The translations under genes were made by a program, and so were the position numbers. 64,000 nt of DNA, from positions 148,802,001-148,866,000 of the forward strand of contig NC_086097.1 in assembly GCF_963921235.1 (NCBI RefSeq), given 5' to 3'. This stretch comes from Mobula hypostoma (taxonomy: Eukaryota). This document shows, piece by piece, positions 52,346 through 64,000 of this stretch. Positions within the stretch are counted from its first letter, which is position 1, and every line of letters starts with the position of its first letter. The notes beneath the pieces are model-generated. The model was not told the DNA's origin. It searched no databases and saw nothing but the letters and a program-made list of their open reading frames with translations.

Positions 52346-53126
52346 TTTTTCTTCTACAAACCCATTTCCAGAAAAGTTGGGATATTTTCCAAAATGCAGT
52401 AAAAACAAAAATCTGTGATGTTAATTCACGTGAACCTTTATTTAACTGACAAAAGTACAAAGAAAATATTTTCAATAGTTTTACTGACCAGCTTAATTGT
52501 ATTTTGTAAGCATACACAAATTTAGAATTTGATGGCTGCAACAGATGGACCAGAGGGATGTCCATTCTTGATACAGAGGAGGAGAAATTTCTTAATTTCT
52601 TTAGTCTGAGGGTGGTGAATCTGTGGTATTCATTAGTAGGGGAATAAAATGTTATGGGGAGAAAGCAGGAGAATGGATTTGAGAGGGATAATAAATCGGC
52701 CATAATGGAATGAATGGTGGAGCAGACTCAATGGGCTGAGTGGGCTAATTCTGTTCCTATGTCTTATGGTCTTGTGGAGACTGATTCCACTTTCCTCAAT
52801 CCTATCTCTACTTGGAAACAAGGAAAATGAGTGTCAATGTATTTTTTTTTTGCATTTGACCAATACTGGTTGAAGCAAAAGAAAAAAACAAGTCCTCAAA
52901 AGCAAAATGAGTCTGTACTAACAAAACCCAATTGATTTTTTTTGAAAGAAGTTGAGATTCTTCTGCACCATCTTCCATAAGTTTAGCTGCCTAAGCTTTG
53001 TCCCATTGGCCAGTGCTACTCTGTATTGCTGTTAGGCAATATGTTTCAAGGTGTACTTTGCAAAGGTGTGGTGCTAGGTAGGACCTTGACATGTTCAATA
53101 AACAATGCTTTGCACTTTTCATAAAG

Positions 53127-53234
53127 GCTTAATTTGAATGTGCAGTCAGAGCTGCAGAACTCTGAGGACAATGCCGGAATTCAAGAAAGCAAACTAAAAA
53201 AAGAACCTGACCATGCTGACGATCCTTCCACAAA
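53127..53234 (+). CDS. Exon 9: (E)LNLNVQSELQNSEDNAGIQESKLKKEPDHADDPST(K)
   Basis: Acceptor ttttcataaag, donor gtgagt; phase 2 to 2. Confidence 0.8.
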
Positions 53235-54099
53235 GTGAGTTTAAATTTGGAATTGAGTTTTCACAAAATTTTTGGGATGGTGTTGAAGATTGCATGTTGA
53301 TTGTTTATTAGACCATATGTTTTGCGAGATTAAAATCCATTTAGTTGGAAATGGAATTAACATAATTGAAATTAACAGAAAAACATAAATAACCTACTTC
53401 CATAAATTCTCTAAAATGCTGCATATTTGTTCTCTAAACTTATTGTTAGAATAATAGCTGGAAAATTACATCTGATCATCAGGCTTCAAAGGCTGAAAAT
53501 TGTTGTTTCAGATGCTGGCTGTCATAGCATGTGTATAGTTGCCAGGATGGTGTGCAAGATTAAATAGTGTTGTTTTCTAGATGTACAATGTACTAAATTC
53601 ATGTTATGAGGTACAAGGTAGTGGTGGAAGGGTGCTTCTTTGATTGGGAGTCTGTGACTAGTAGAGTACTGCAGGGATCTTTGCTAGGACTTGTTTATGA
53701 TAATCAATAATTTGGATGGAACTGTAGGATGTATGATTAGTAAGTGTACAGACAAAACAGAAGTTGATGGTGTTGATAGCAGTGAAGATTGACTAAGGCT
53801 GCAGCACGATACAGATCAGATGGAAAGTTGGGTCAGGGCATTGGCAGATGGAATTTAATCCCATCTATTGCTATGCAAAAACATTTTGGGAAGTCTAGTA
53901 ATGGGTAGAGTATAATCAGTAAATAGCAGGGTATTGGGGAATGTTGATGAACAGAGATACCAAGAGGTTCAGATCCATAATTCCCTGAAAGTGGCAACAT
54001 GGTTGGATAGTAAGTTGAAGGTATTTTGTATGCCTACCTCCATAGGTCAGGGCATAGAATATAATAGATAGAACATTGTTCTATCTATTATAGAACAGA

Positions 54100-55780
54100 G
54101 GTACTGTACTTAATGAATACTTTGCTTCAGTATTCACTACAGAAAAGGATCTTGGCGATCGTAGGGATGATTTACTGATGATTGTAGGGATGAAAAGCTT
54201 ATAGACATTAAGAAAGAGGATGTGCTGGAGCTTTTGGAAAGCATCAGATTGGATAAGTCTCCAGGACCGAATGAGATGTACCCCAGGCTACTGTGGGAAG
54301 CAAGGGAAGAGATTGCTGAGCATCTGCCAATGATCTTTGCATCATCGATGGGAACGGGAGAGGTGGATTTGGGGGTTGCAGATGTTGTTCCCTTATTCAA
54401 GAAAGGGAGTAGAGATAGCCCAGGCAATTGTAGACCAATGAGTCTTACTTCAGTGGTTGATAAGTTGATGGAAAAGATCCTCAGAGGCAGGATATGATTA
54501 GGAATAGTCAGCATGGCTTTGTCAAAAGCAGGTCGTGCCTTACGATCTGATTGAATTTTTTCGAGGATGTGACTAAACACATTGATGAAGGAAGAGCAGT
54601 AGATGTAGTGTATATGGATTTCAGCAAGGCATTTGATAAGGTACCCCATGCAAGGCTTACTGAGGAAAGTAAGGAGGTATGGGATCCGAGGGGACATTGA
54701 TTTGAGGATCCAGAATTAGCTTACACATAGAAGGCAAAGAGTGGTGTAGACGGGTCATATTCTGCATGGAGGTCGGTGACCAGTGGTGTGCCTCGGATCT
54801 GTTCTTGTCCTTCTTCTCTTTGTGATTTTTATAAATGACCTGGATGAGGAAGTGGAGGGATGGGTTAGTAAATTTGCTGATGACATAAAGGTTGGGGGTG
54901 TTGTGGATAGTGTGGAAGGCTGTCAGAGGTTACAGTGGGACATTGATAGGATGCAAAACTGGGCTGAGAAGTGGCAGATGGAGTTCAACCTGGATAAGTG
55001 TGAGGTGGTTCATTTTGGTAGGTCAAATATGATGGCAGGATATAGCATGAATGTTAAGACTCTTGGCAGTGTATAGGATCAGAGGGATCTTGGGGTCCGA
55101 GTCCATAGGACACTCATAGCTGCTATGCAGGTTGACTGTATGCTTTAAGAAGGCATTATGGTGCATTCGCCTTCATCAACTGTGGGATTGAGTTTAAAAG
55201 CGAAGAAGTAATGTTACAGCTCTATAGGACCATGGTCAGACCCCACTTGGAGTACTGTGCTCAGTTCTGGTCACCTCACGGTTGTGGAAGGATGTGGAAT
55301 CTATATAAAGGGTGCAGAGGATATTTACAAGGATGTTACCTGGATTGGGAAGCATGCTTTATGAGAATAGGTTGAGTGAATCTAGCCTTTTCTCCTTGGA
55401 GCGACGGAGGATTAGAGGTGACCTGAAAGGGGTGTACAAGATGATGAGAGGCATTGATCGTGTGGATAGTCAGAGGCTTTTTCCCATGGCTGAAATGGCT
55501 AACGTGAGAGGGCACCGTGTTAAGGTGTTTAAAAGTAGGTACAGAGGGGATGTCAGGGTTAAGTTTTTTTTTTGCGGAGTGGTGAGTGCATGGAATGGGC
55601 TCCTGGCAACGGTGGTAGAGGCAGATATGATGGGGTTTTTTAAGAGACTCCTGGATAGGTACATGGAGCTTAGAAAAATAGAGGGCTGTAGGTAACCCTA
55701 GGTAATTGCTAAAGTAAGTACATGTTCAGCACAACATTGTGGGCTGAAGGGCCTGTATTGTGCTGTAGGTTTTCTGTTAT
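54100..55780 (+). mobile_element. CR1 LINE RT plus 3' end, nested in an older CR1 (~53600-56050)
   Basis: ORFs 54222-54497, 54783-55076 (FINDLDEEVEGWVSKFADD) and 55312-55695. Confidence 0.9.
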
Positions 55781-56051
55781 TATGTTGCAACTTCACAAAA
55801 CAATGGTTAGGCCACATTTGGAATATGGTTGTGCTGGAGAGTGCAGGGGAGACTGACCAGGATGTTGCCTGAATTAGAGCACTTAAATTATAGGAAATAG
55901 TGGACAGATGGTTCATTTTCAATGGAGTGAAGGAGACTGAGGGATAAAATGAAATGGGTATATAAATTGAGATGCATTTAATACAGTAGCTAGTCAGAAT
56001 TCTTTTTTCATGGTAGGGATATCAAAAATAAAGGCATAGGTTTAAGATAAA

Positions 56052-56530
56052 GGATGGAGTTAAGAGCTGGAAAGTTGATTGGCAAAAGGGATATGAGGCT
56101 GGAGAAGGGAGAGGATCATGGGACAGGAGGCCTAGGGAGAAAGAAAGGGGGAGGGGGGAATCCCAGAGGATGGGCAAGGAGTATAGTGAGAGGGACAGAG
56201 GGAGAGAGAGAGAGAAAAATATATATGATAAATAACGGATGGGGTACGAAGGGGAGGTGGGTCATTAACGGAAGATAGAGAAGGCAATGTTCATGCCATC
56301 AGGTTAGAGGCTACCCAGATGGAATATAAGGTGTTGTTCAGCTCCATCCCTCCCCCTCCTGTCTTCTCCTATCATTTCGGATCTCCCCTCCCCCTCCCAC
56401 TTTCAAATCTCTTACTATCTCTTCTTTCAGTTAGTCCTGATGAAGGGTCTCTGCCTGAAATGTCGACTGTACCTCTTCCTATAGATGCTGCCTGGCCTGC
56501 TGCGTTCCACCAGCATTTTGTGTGTGTTGC
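56052..56530. mobile_element. Penelope terminus with inversion (minus 56052-56340, plus 56341-56530)
   Basis: First part matches ~29195-29475 directly; second part matches the reverse complement of ~29019-29200. Confidence 0.8.
56433..56468 (+). ncRNA. Minimal type I hammerhead ribozyme motif (CpG-decayed stem III)
   Basis: AGTC-CTGATGA-A-GGGTCTCTGCCT-GAAA-TGTC-GACT. Confidence 0.6.
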
Positions 56531-56640
56531 CGGAAAAAGAAAGTAACTTTTTCACTTATTCTTAGAGCCTTTTTTAAAGAATGGGACACTATTAGCTACC
56601 CTCCAGCATCTCGCCTACAGCTGAGGACATATTAAATATC

Positions 56641-56821
56641 AACATACATCAAAGTTGCTGGTGAACGCAGCAGGCCAAGCAGCATCTAAGTCCTGATGAA
56701 GGGTCTCTGCCTGAAACGTCGACTGCGCCTCTTCCTATAGATGCTGCTTGGCCTGCTGCGTTCACCAGCAACTTTGATGTATGTTGCTTGAATTTCCAGC
56801 ATCTGCAGAATTCCTGTTGTT
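56641..56821 (+). mobile_element. 181-bp Penelope-derived fold-back element
   Basis: Perfect 48-bp inverted repeat 56641-56688 / 56738-56785; perfect 15-bp TSD gacatattaaatatc at 56626-56640 and 56822-56836. Confidence 0.92.
56689..56724 (+). ncRNA. Minimal type I hammerhead ribozyme motif with intact core
   Basis: AGTC-CTGATGA-A-GGGT(CTCT)GCCT-GAAA-CGTC-GACT; predicted cleavage after GUC at 56720. Confidence 0.75.
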
Positions 56822-57284
56822 GACATATTAAATATCCCTGTTAGGGCTCCTATAAGGTCCAAGGGAACACCTTGTCGGGCCTTGGCGATTTATCCACCCT
56901 AAGTTGGCTCAAGTCAGCAAGTATGGCCTTCTCTTTAATTCATATACAGTCCATGACCTCACTGCTGTGTTGCCTCACTTCTATAGATTTCTTGTCCATC
57001 TTCCAAGTAAATATGGATGCAAACAATTCTGTTTAAGTTCTCTCCATCCCTTTCAACTCTGTGCGTCGTCCAGAGATAAAGCAAACAGGGGAACAGGTTT
57101 AGAAAAAGCAAAATGGCTTAGCCTTCATCTTGATGGTCAGAGAAAGCTTAAACAGCCAAATAGCATTCTCCTTTTTTTTTCAAAACTGTGCTTTGGTGAA
57201 TTCTAGAAAGATGAGAACAGAAAAAAAATTAACATGATTGTCCTAACAATTTAGAAATCTTATTTTCATTTATGCATTATGTAG

Positions 57285-57371
57285 GCTGGTTGAGAATCAA
57301 GATATGAAAGAAGACTCATTTCCTGTTGAAAGTACTAAGAAAAGGATCCACTGTGATATCAATTCTGAGCA
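57285..57371 (+). CDS. Exon 10: (K)LVENQDMKEDSFPVESTKKRIHCDINSE; last exon I can place
   Basis: Acceptor ttatgtag, donor gtaagt; phase 2 to 2. Confidence 0.85.
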
Positions 57372-59761
57372 GTAAGTGTCTTGGTTAAGTATATGATTAT
57401 CAAACATTTGGTCTAATTAACAAATTACTAGGTACTCATTGGATATTAGCTGTTATTTCCTTTAAGTTCACTGCCTCCTGAATTTTGACCAAGATCCAAG
57501 CATGCAAAAAGTGCTTAAGATATGTCTAGAATGCCTTTTGTTATATGTGCATATGCCTGTATCTCTGCAATGCAAATTAAGGTAAAAATTTATTTAATTT
57601 TGTTTCAAGAGCATCAAATTGAACCCAGTAGTTGGTTTATTTAAAAGATTAAAAGCTCTTGCTTATAGGACAAACATTTCACTACATGAAAATTAATCGC
57701 CAAATATCTAGGCTTTAGTGCAGATCCTTGGAGAAAGCTCTCTCCAAAGAATGAGCCATTTACTGTTACATTTCATTCCTTGTAAACAATTTCAGACTAA
57801 TATCACAAGATTCCCTTCAATTATGTGAATTTCACTTTAATGTTAATATTCTGAGTATAGTACAGATCTAGAACAGAAAACCTACAGCACAATACTGGCC
57901 CTTCAGCCCACAAAGTTGTACCAAACATGTCCCTACCTTAGAAATTGCTAGGGTTACCCATAGCCCTCTATTTTTCTAAGTCCTCTATCTCTTGGAAGTT
58001 TTTTCGAAACTACCTTCAGAGATTTCTCTGTATACATACGGATGGCTTTAAAATCCTTTTCTTCCCTCACTTTAGCATTTATTGGTCTACATCAACACTA
58101 ACTTCTTAATTTTAAAATTCTCATTTCTCTATGAAGACCCTGTCTAGTTTTGCTCTTCATTATCTTTGTAACCACCTTCAGCCTGTTATCTTCCAAAGAC
58201 CACATTCTTCCAATCCTTGCCTCCTACATTCAGTAATTCGAATATAATCAATAATTCAGATTCTTCATACTCAAGAGTTCAGTTATCACCACAGCATGGA
58301 GGAAGTTTTGAGTTCAGTTAATATTTGGTTACTAGAATATGTACTTCCAGTTTATGACAAGTTCAAGAAGGCAAGTAAAAACTACATTCTCAAGAAACTA
58401 TGGTTATGGACAATGAAACTGGCCATGTTAACCACATTCCATGAATGAAATACAACTCTGTTTCCTTTGCCTCGCTCTGTGTTTTTGTCTTCATCATTCA
58501 CAACTCTAAGCTTATGAATACCTCACTGCTGAAGATAGCTATGCTTCGCAGCCCACACCACAATTCTTTGAACCTTCCTCTTTAATTAACAGTTTGGTTT
58601 TGGGTTAATGAAAAGAAACAGTAATTCTAATTATGTGGTGTTTCTAAAATGAAGGATATGGTTTCAGTTTAGTGACCATCATGTTTCATCCTTTAAATAA
58701 CTCACTGCATTAAAAATGTTGCAGGAATCAGCATCTTGAAGTTGAGTAGAGCTGGATTTTACTGTCCAAATGTTTTGATGCTCATCGCAATTTGCGTACA
58801 TATACTACACCATCTTAAGGTGAAAAGAAGATGTGCAGTTGTTCACCAGGGACCAAAGATGGTCTCAATTTCACTGCTCGATTGTTTATTAATACAGCAT
58901 TTCAGTTCCTCACCTTTTAATGTACATTGCTGCATCATTGCAATAGCTAAGAACCAAACTTGCAACAGAAAGTTCAGTCTCAATATTTTCTGTATTTTCC
59001 TGATTTCATCTCAAGTTTTAACAGCATTGGCTATTAAAGTCTCATTCAAACTATAAATTTAGACTTTTAATCTACCCGTCAATCAAACTTCAGTCTCCCT
59101 CTGTTCTTACTATACCATCAATTTATCTGCTTACTTCCAGTCTTTTCTAAACAGCTGCTACTCATTCACTGTGATATCATACCTCCCTCAACCCCACCTA
59201 CTACCAAATTCACCCCTCATTCTCTGTGAACTACTTTCTGCTTAAACGTTAACCATAAATTATCTTGTTTCTAGCAGCCTTTCAGGACTTGCTGTCACTC
59301 CAGTTCTGAGTACTGGAAGATGTCTCTGCATGAATTCTTTTTGTGGAGTAGCCACAATGTGATAACTAGCAGATCTTGGCTACACACACAATGCTGAAGG
59401 AACTCAACAGCCAGGCAGCGTCTATGGGGGGGGAGGGGAGAGAGGGGAGTACAGTCAACGTTTTGGGCTGAGACCCTTCGGGGTCGTGTCATTTTCACAA
59501 AATAAATCATTTTTAACTCTTACTGGATGACAACCCACTACGAAAACAACTGAGATGCTAAAAATCTTAGAAAAATCCTGATTTTTTTGGGGGCGGGTGG
59601 TGTTGATTTCATAATTGCTGCTTTGTGATGTTATGTGCTGTCACACTTGTGACAATGTAGATTCTATTTCCATTGACAATGTCACAGAATTTAGTGCTGA
59701 GTAAACTGATATGTGTTTGCAGTAGCCGATCTATTCAAATGTCAAGGTGTGTCATTATTAG

Positions 59762-62700
59762 GGTGATGGACCTTAAACGTTCACAGTGTGAAGAGTACTG
59801 GGCGTTGTGTCAGCGCGCTTCGGTACTTGAACACTGTGAACGCCGACGTGACCTTCCTCCAGGAATGCGGCCTGCCGCACCTCAGGAGTGGTTCCAGGGT
59901 TTGTCGGTGTGGTCGGGGGGCAACAATTGTCACGCTTCCGGCCTGGGGATTCTGCTGCAGGGAGGCAACTTCTCAATCACCCAAGTTAAAGAGGTGGTTG
60001 CAGGGCGCCTCCTGGTAGCAGATGTCAAATACCGGGGCACTCCACTCCGGCTGATCAACGTGTGTGCCTCCTCCCTGCGGAGCAAGTGGCTGGCCGTCTT
60101 CGAGCAACTCCCACAGCTGCTGGTGATGTCCCAGCCGGTCGTTCTGGCCAGAGACTTCAACTGCACCATTGATGCGGCTGGAGGATCCAGCAGTGCCGAC
60201 GGTAGGCTAGACAGTACCTCTAGACTCCTGAGGGAAACGGTGAAGACAGCCAGGCTCCCCCTGTGGCACCCCCACAGGTGGAGCACAGCCACAAGCCACC
60301 TGGACACGATCGGACGGCTCAGCCCGCTCCTGGATTGACTTCCTCTTCCTGTCAGAGTCCCTCACGGTCAGGTCCACCGACGTCAAGCCGGTGTTCTTCT
60401 CTGACCATTGCCTTCTGAGAGCCACCTGTCTCTTACGGGAGGACCAGAAGGCAGGCAGGGGGACGTGGAAGCTGAATGTTAAGCTGCTGACCCCAAAGAA
60501 CATCGAGGAATTAGAGAGGGAGTACACAGGTTGGAGAACCTTGAAAGCCTTCTTTGATTCCCTGGTTCACTGGTGGGGAGCCACCAACGAGAACATTAAA
60601 AGGTTCTTCATCCGCAAGGGTATCCAGAAAGCAAGGCAGGAGCAGAAGGAACTGCGTAAACTCCAGACAGAGTTGCAGCAACTCCTCCTTCTGCAGTCGA
60701 AGGGGGTGGATGTCAGGGAGGAATTGCGAGAGGTGAAGGGCCGGCAAGCCCAGCACCTCGCCACCGAATCCTCCAAGATCATCTTCCGATCAAGGGTCCG
60801 AACCGTGGAGCAGGACGAGACGTGATCACGCTTCTTCTTCCAAAAAGGTGCACGGGGGAGTTCTGTGATCCACAACCTTAAGGAAGAGGATGGCTCAGTC
60901 GTGTCCTCGCAGACCGACATACTGTGGATCTGTAAGTCCTTCTATGCCAGACTGTACGACGAAAAGGCCACAGAATCCACAGCCTCCCGCAACTTCCTTC
61001 GTTTATCATGCAGGTCTTGGACGACAGCAAGCGGGAGAGTCTGGATCAGCCACTGACCCTGGACGAGTTGACAGGCTCCATCCGTTCCTTTGGGTCGGGT
61101 AGGACTCCCAGAAGCGACAGCTTACCGGCTGAGTTGTACTCGGCTCTGTGGAACTGGATGGGCCCAGACCTGCTGGAAGTGTACAGCGCTATGCTTCTAG
61201 CTGACTGTATGTCAGAGTCCATGAGGAAGGGCATCATCACCCTCATCTACAAGCAAAAGGGGGAGAGGGAGGACATTAGAAATTGGAGGCCCGTATCACT
61301 CCTGAACGTGGATTACAAGATCCTGTCCAAGGCTATCGCCAACAGGGTCAGATCTGCTCTGGGACAGGTGATCCACCCGGATCAAACCTGTGCTGTACCG
61401 GGCGGAAGATCTTAGACAGCCTCGCGCTGCTGAGGGACACCATCGCCTACGTGCAGGACAGGGGGGTCATTACCTGCCTAGTCAGCTTGGACCAGGAGAA
61501 GACCTTCGACCGGATATCGCACACGTACATGGCGGACGTGCTCTCCAAAATGGGATTTGGGGAGGGGATCCGGAATTGGATTAGACTGCTCTACATAGAC
61601 ATCTGTAGTGCAGTCCAGGTCAACAGGTGGGAAACAGACAGCTTCCCCATCAGGTCTGGGGTTAGGCAGGGCTGTCCCCTCTCCCCTGTCTTGTTTGTCT
61701 GCTGTATAGAGCCCTTTGCCGAAGCCATCGGGAGGGATAAGAGCATAAGAGGGGTGACGCTGCCAGGCAGTGGAGGGACCCAAGTAAAAACCTCCCTGTA
61801 CATGGACAACATCACCGTCTTCTGCTCTGATCCGAGGTCAGTTGGCAGGTTGATTGGCATCTGCGAACAGTTCGAGCTAGCGTCGGGGGCCAGGGTCAAC
61901 CGCATGAAGAGCGAAGCCATGCTCTTCGGCAACTGGCCCGACCGATCCAGTGTCCCCTTCACCATCAGGTCTGACCACGTGAAGGTGTTGGGGATCTGGT
62001 TTGGAGGGGCTGAGACGTGCAACAAGAACTGGCAGGAGTGGACTGCCAAGGTGAAACAGAAACTGGGACTGTGGGGAGGGCGCTCCCTGTCGATAACGGG
62101 CAAGAACCTGGTCATCAGGTGTGAGGTGCTCTCAGGGCTGCTGTACTTGGCGCAGGTGTGGCCCGTCCCCCGTTCCTGCAGCTGGGAAATCACCCGAGCT
62201 GTCTTCAGATTTGTCTGGGGATCCAAGATGGAGCGGGTGAGACGGACCGTCATGCACAAGTCCCTGGACAGCGGGGACAAGAACGTCCCCAATGTCGCCC
62301 TCACCCTGATGGCCAGCTTCGTGTGTGGCTGCATCAGGCTGTGCGTGGATCCCAGATACGTGGGCACAAAGTACTACTATGTGCCCAGGTTCTACCTGTC
62401 GCCCTGGCTACGAAGGATGGGTCTGGCCCCTTTCCCGCACAACACCCCTGTTAGCTGGTCGTTGCCTCCTTACCTGTCCTTCGTAGAAAAATTCTTCAAG
62501 GCCAACGCCTTTGACCACAGGGCCATTAGACAGTGGTCGGCACGTACTATCCTGCAGGCACTGCAGGAGAAAGACGTGATGGACACAGTGGGATGGTTCC
62601 CTGAGCAGACCGTCCAGTTCATCTGGCAGAATGCCTCATCGCCAGATCTCACCAACAGGCACAAAGACCTTGCCTAGCTGGCGGTGAGAGGGGCCCTCCC

Positions 62701-63506
62701 AGTCAGATCCCTCCTGTACGCCTGGAATGTCGTCTCCGCACCCCACTGCCCACGGGAGGACTGTAATGGGGTGGAGTCGGTGGCTCACCTCTTTCCACAC
62801 TGTGGGTTCGCATCGAAGGTGTGGAGGAGAATGGAAAGGACAGTACTAAGATTCATGCCCAGCAGCTGCGTTACCGAGGACTCCGTGATCTACGGGCTGT
62901 TCCCGGGGACGCACATGGAGACAAACATCCAGTGCTGCTGGCAGATCATCAATTCGGTGAAAGATGCGCTTTGGTCTGCCCGAAACTTGATGGTTTACCA
63001 GCACATGGAGATGTTCATGACTGAATGCTGCCGACTGGCTCACTCTCGCCTGCAGGAGTACGTGCTGAGGGATGCACTCAAGCTTGGTGCGGCCACCGCG
63101 AAGGCCCGGTGGGGAAGGACCACAGTTTAAGGTTCATGACCCGTGGGAGTGTGAGGGGTTGGGTGGGGAGGAGACTAACCCTCATCAGCGGTGTGGACAG
63201 ATAATCAACATGGTGCCCCAGGAGTGGGTGGAATTGTTAATTTGGAAAAAGCATTAGAACCAACGCCTGCCTTTATTGTTGATAATTTTATTGTTAATAA
63301 GTCTTAACTCTTGACCAAGGGTTGAGAGTAAATGAACGGTTTTTTTGTAAACATCTTTCATTTGTAAATGAACAGAGAGTCAACGCATAATTTTATTGTA
63401 AATAACTTTATTGAATAAGGACTCAGAGTCAATGAATGTTTTTTCTTATATGTAAATAACTTTATTTTGTAATACTTCTGAATAAAGTATTTTTGGAGAA
63501 AAAAAA
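59762..63506 (+). mobile_element. Tx1-clade (L1 superfamily) LINE: near-complete frameshifted ORF2, 3' UTR and polyA
   Basis: APE (FLQECG, FFSDHC, GTWKLN), RT (NWRPVSLLNVDYKIL, SLDQEKTFDR, GVRQGCPLSP, LYMDNI), zinc finger (CPREDC..ESVAHLFPHC); stop 63128-63130; AATAAA at 63481; short polyA; candidate TSD attattag at 59754-59761 and 63506-63513. Confidence 0.95.
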
Positions 63507-64000
63507 TTATTAGCAACAAAGCTGATAATAATTAATTCATAAATTTGCATGGGCCCAACTGTATAAAGAGAACTGTGTGATAGTTAATAGTCCCCCCCCC
63601 CACCCGACATAGAATAGACAAATAGGGTTTATGGTATATTGTGATGGTCAGAGTCTCCCTGATGTATACCTATTTTACATTAATATTCACTTATGATGCA
63701 GTGTGTTAAGCTTTGAATCACACAAAAGAATTTCTGTTTTTGAGATGAACAGTTATCAAAAACAGTATTTCTCAAAAATTGGTGAAAGGAATAGAAGTTT
63801 TCACCTTTTGAGGCTACCATCGATACAATGAAGTACTAAGTTAGAAGCCATATAGCTACCAGAGGAAGTGGTTGAGGCATTTACAATAACATCTTTTAAA
63901 AGGCAGACAGGCACCTGGATGGGAAAAGATTAGGTTATAGACAAAACAGTAGCATATAGGACAAGTATGGGTGGGACATCTTCATTGGCATGGGACATTT

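Noticed and set aside
58725..58749. Possible terminal exon 11, (Q)NQHLEVE*
   Set aside because: Phase fits but the acceptor is weak and the segment too short to distinguish from chance; unresolved
59661..59700. Possible exon DSISIDNVTEFSAE
   Set aside because: Needs a phase-1 upstream donor that I could not find, and its donor is weak
61591..62367. 258-aa minus-strand ORF
   Set aside because: Antisense shadow of the GC-rich Tx1 ORF2

Overview
Repeat-rich vertebrate genomic DNA. The mix of HE1-type V-SINEs, abundant CR1, Rex1/Babar, RTE, Tx1 and Penelope elements suggests a cartilaginous fish such as a ray; this is inference. No bacterial-type features are present, and most ORFs in the track are transposon debris or chance. 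Main content: (1) a + strand multi-exon gene starting in a CpG-enriched region near 26.0 kb, with ten GT-AG exons (26091-57371) whose splice phases chain into one stop-free frame of 271 codons, encoding a Lys/Glu-rich protein I cannot name and whose 3' end is unresolved; (2) just upstream, an old Gypsy LTR element (23606-25458) whose interior is replaced by an intronless RBM25 mRNA fragment; (3) Penelope-derived insertions carrying minimal type I hammerhead ribozyme motifs, including a 181-bp fold-back element with a perfect 48-bp stem and 15-bp TSD; (4) a nested TE cluster in intron 6 (RTE, CR1, hAT/Buster, two Harbinger-type MITEs, Penelope); (5) two Tc1 copies, two pogo-like elements, a near-complete Tx1 ORF2, SINEs, a 71-bp G-rich minisatellite and a (GT)n tract. 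Boundaries of old LINE fragments are approximate, and all family assignments are by eye.
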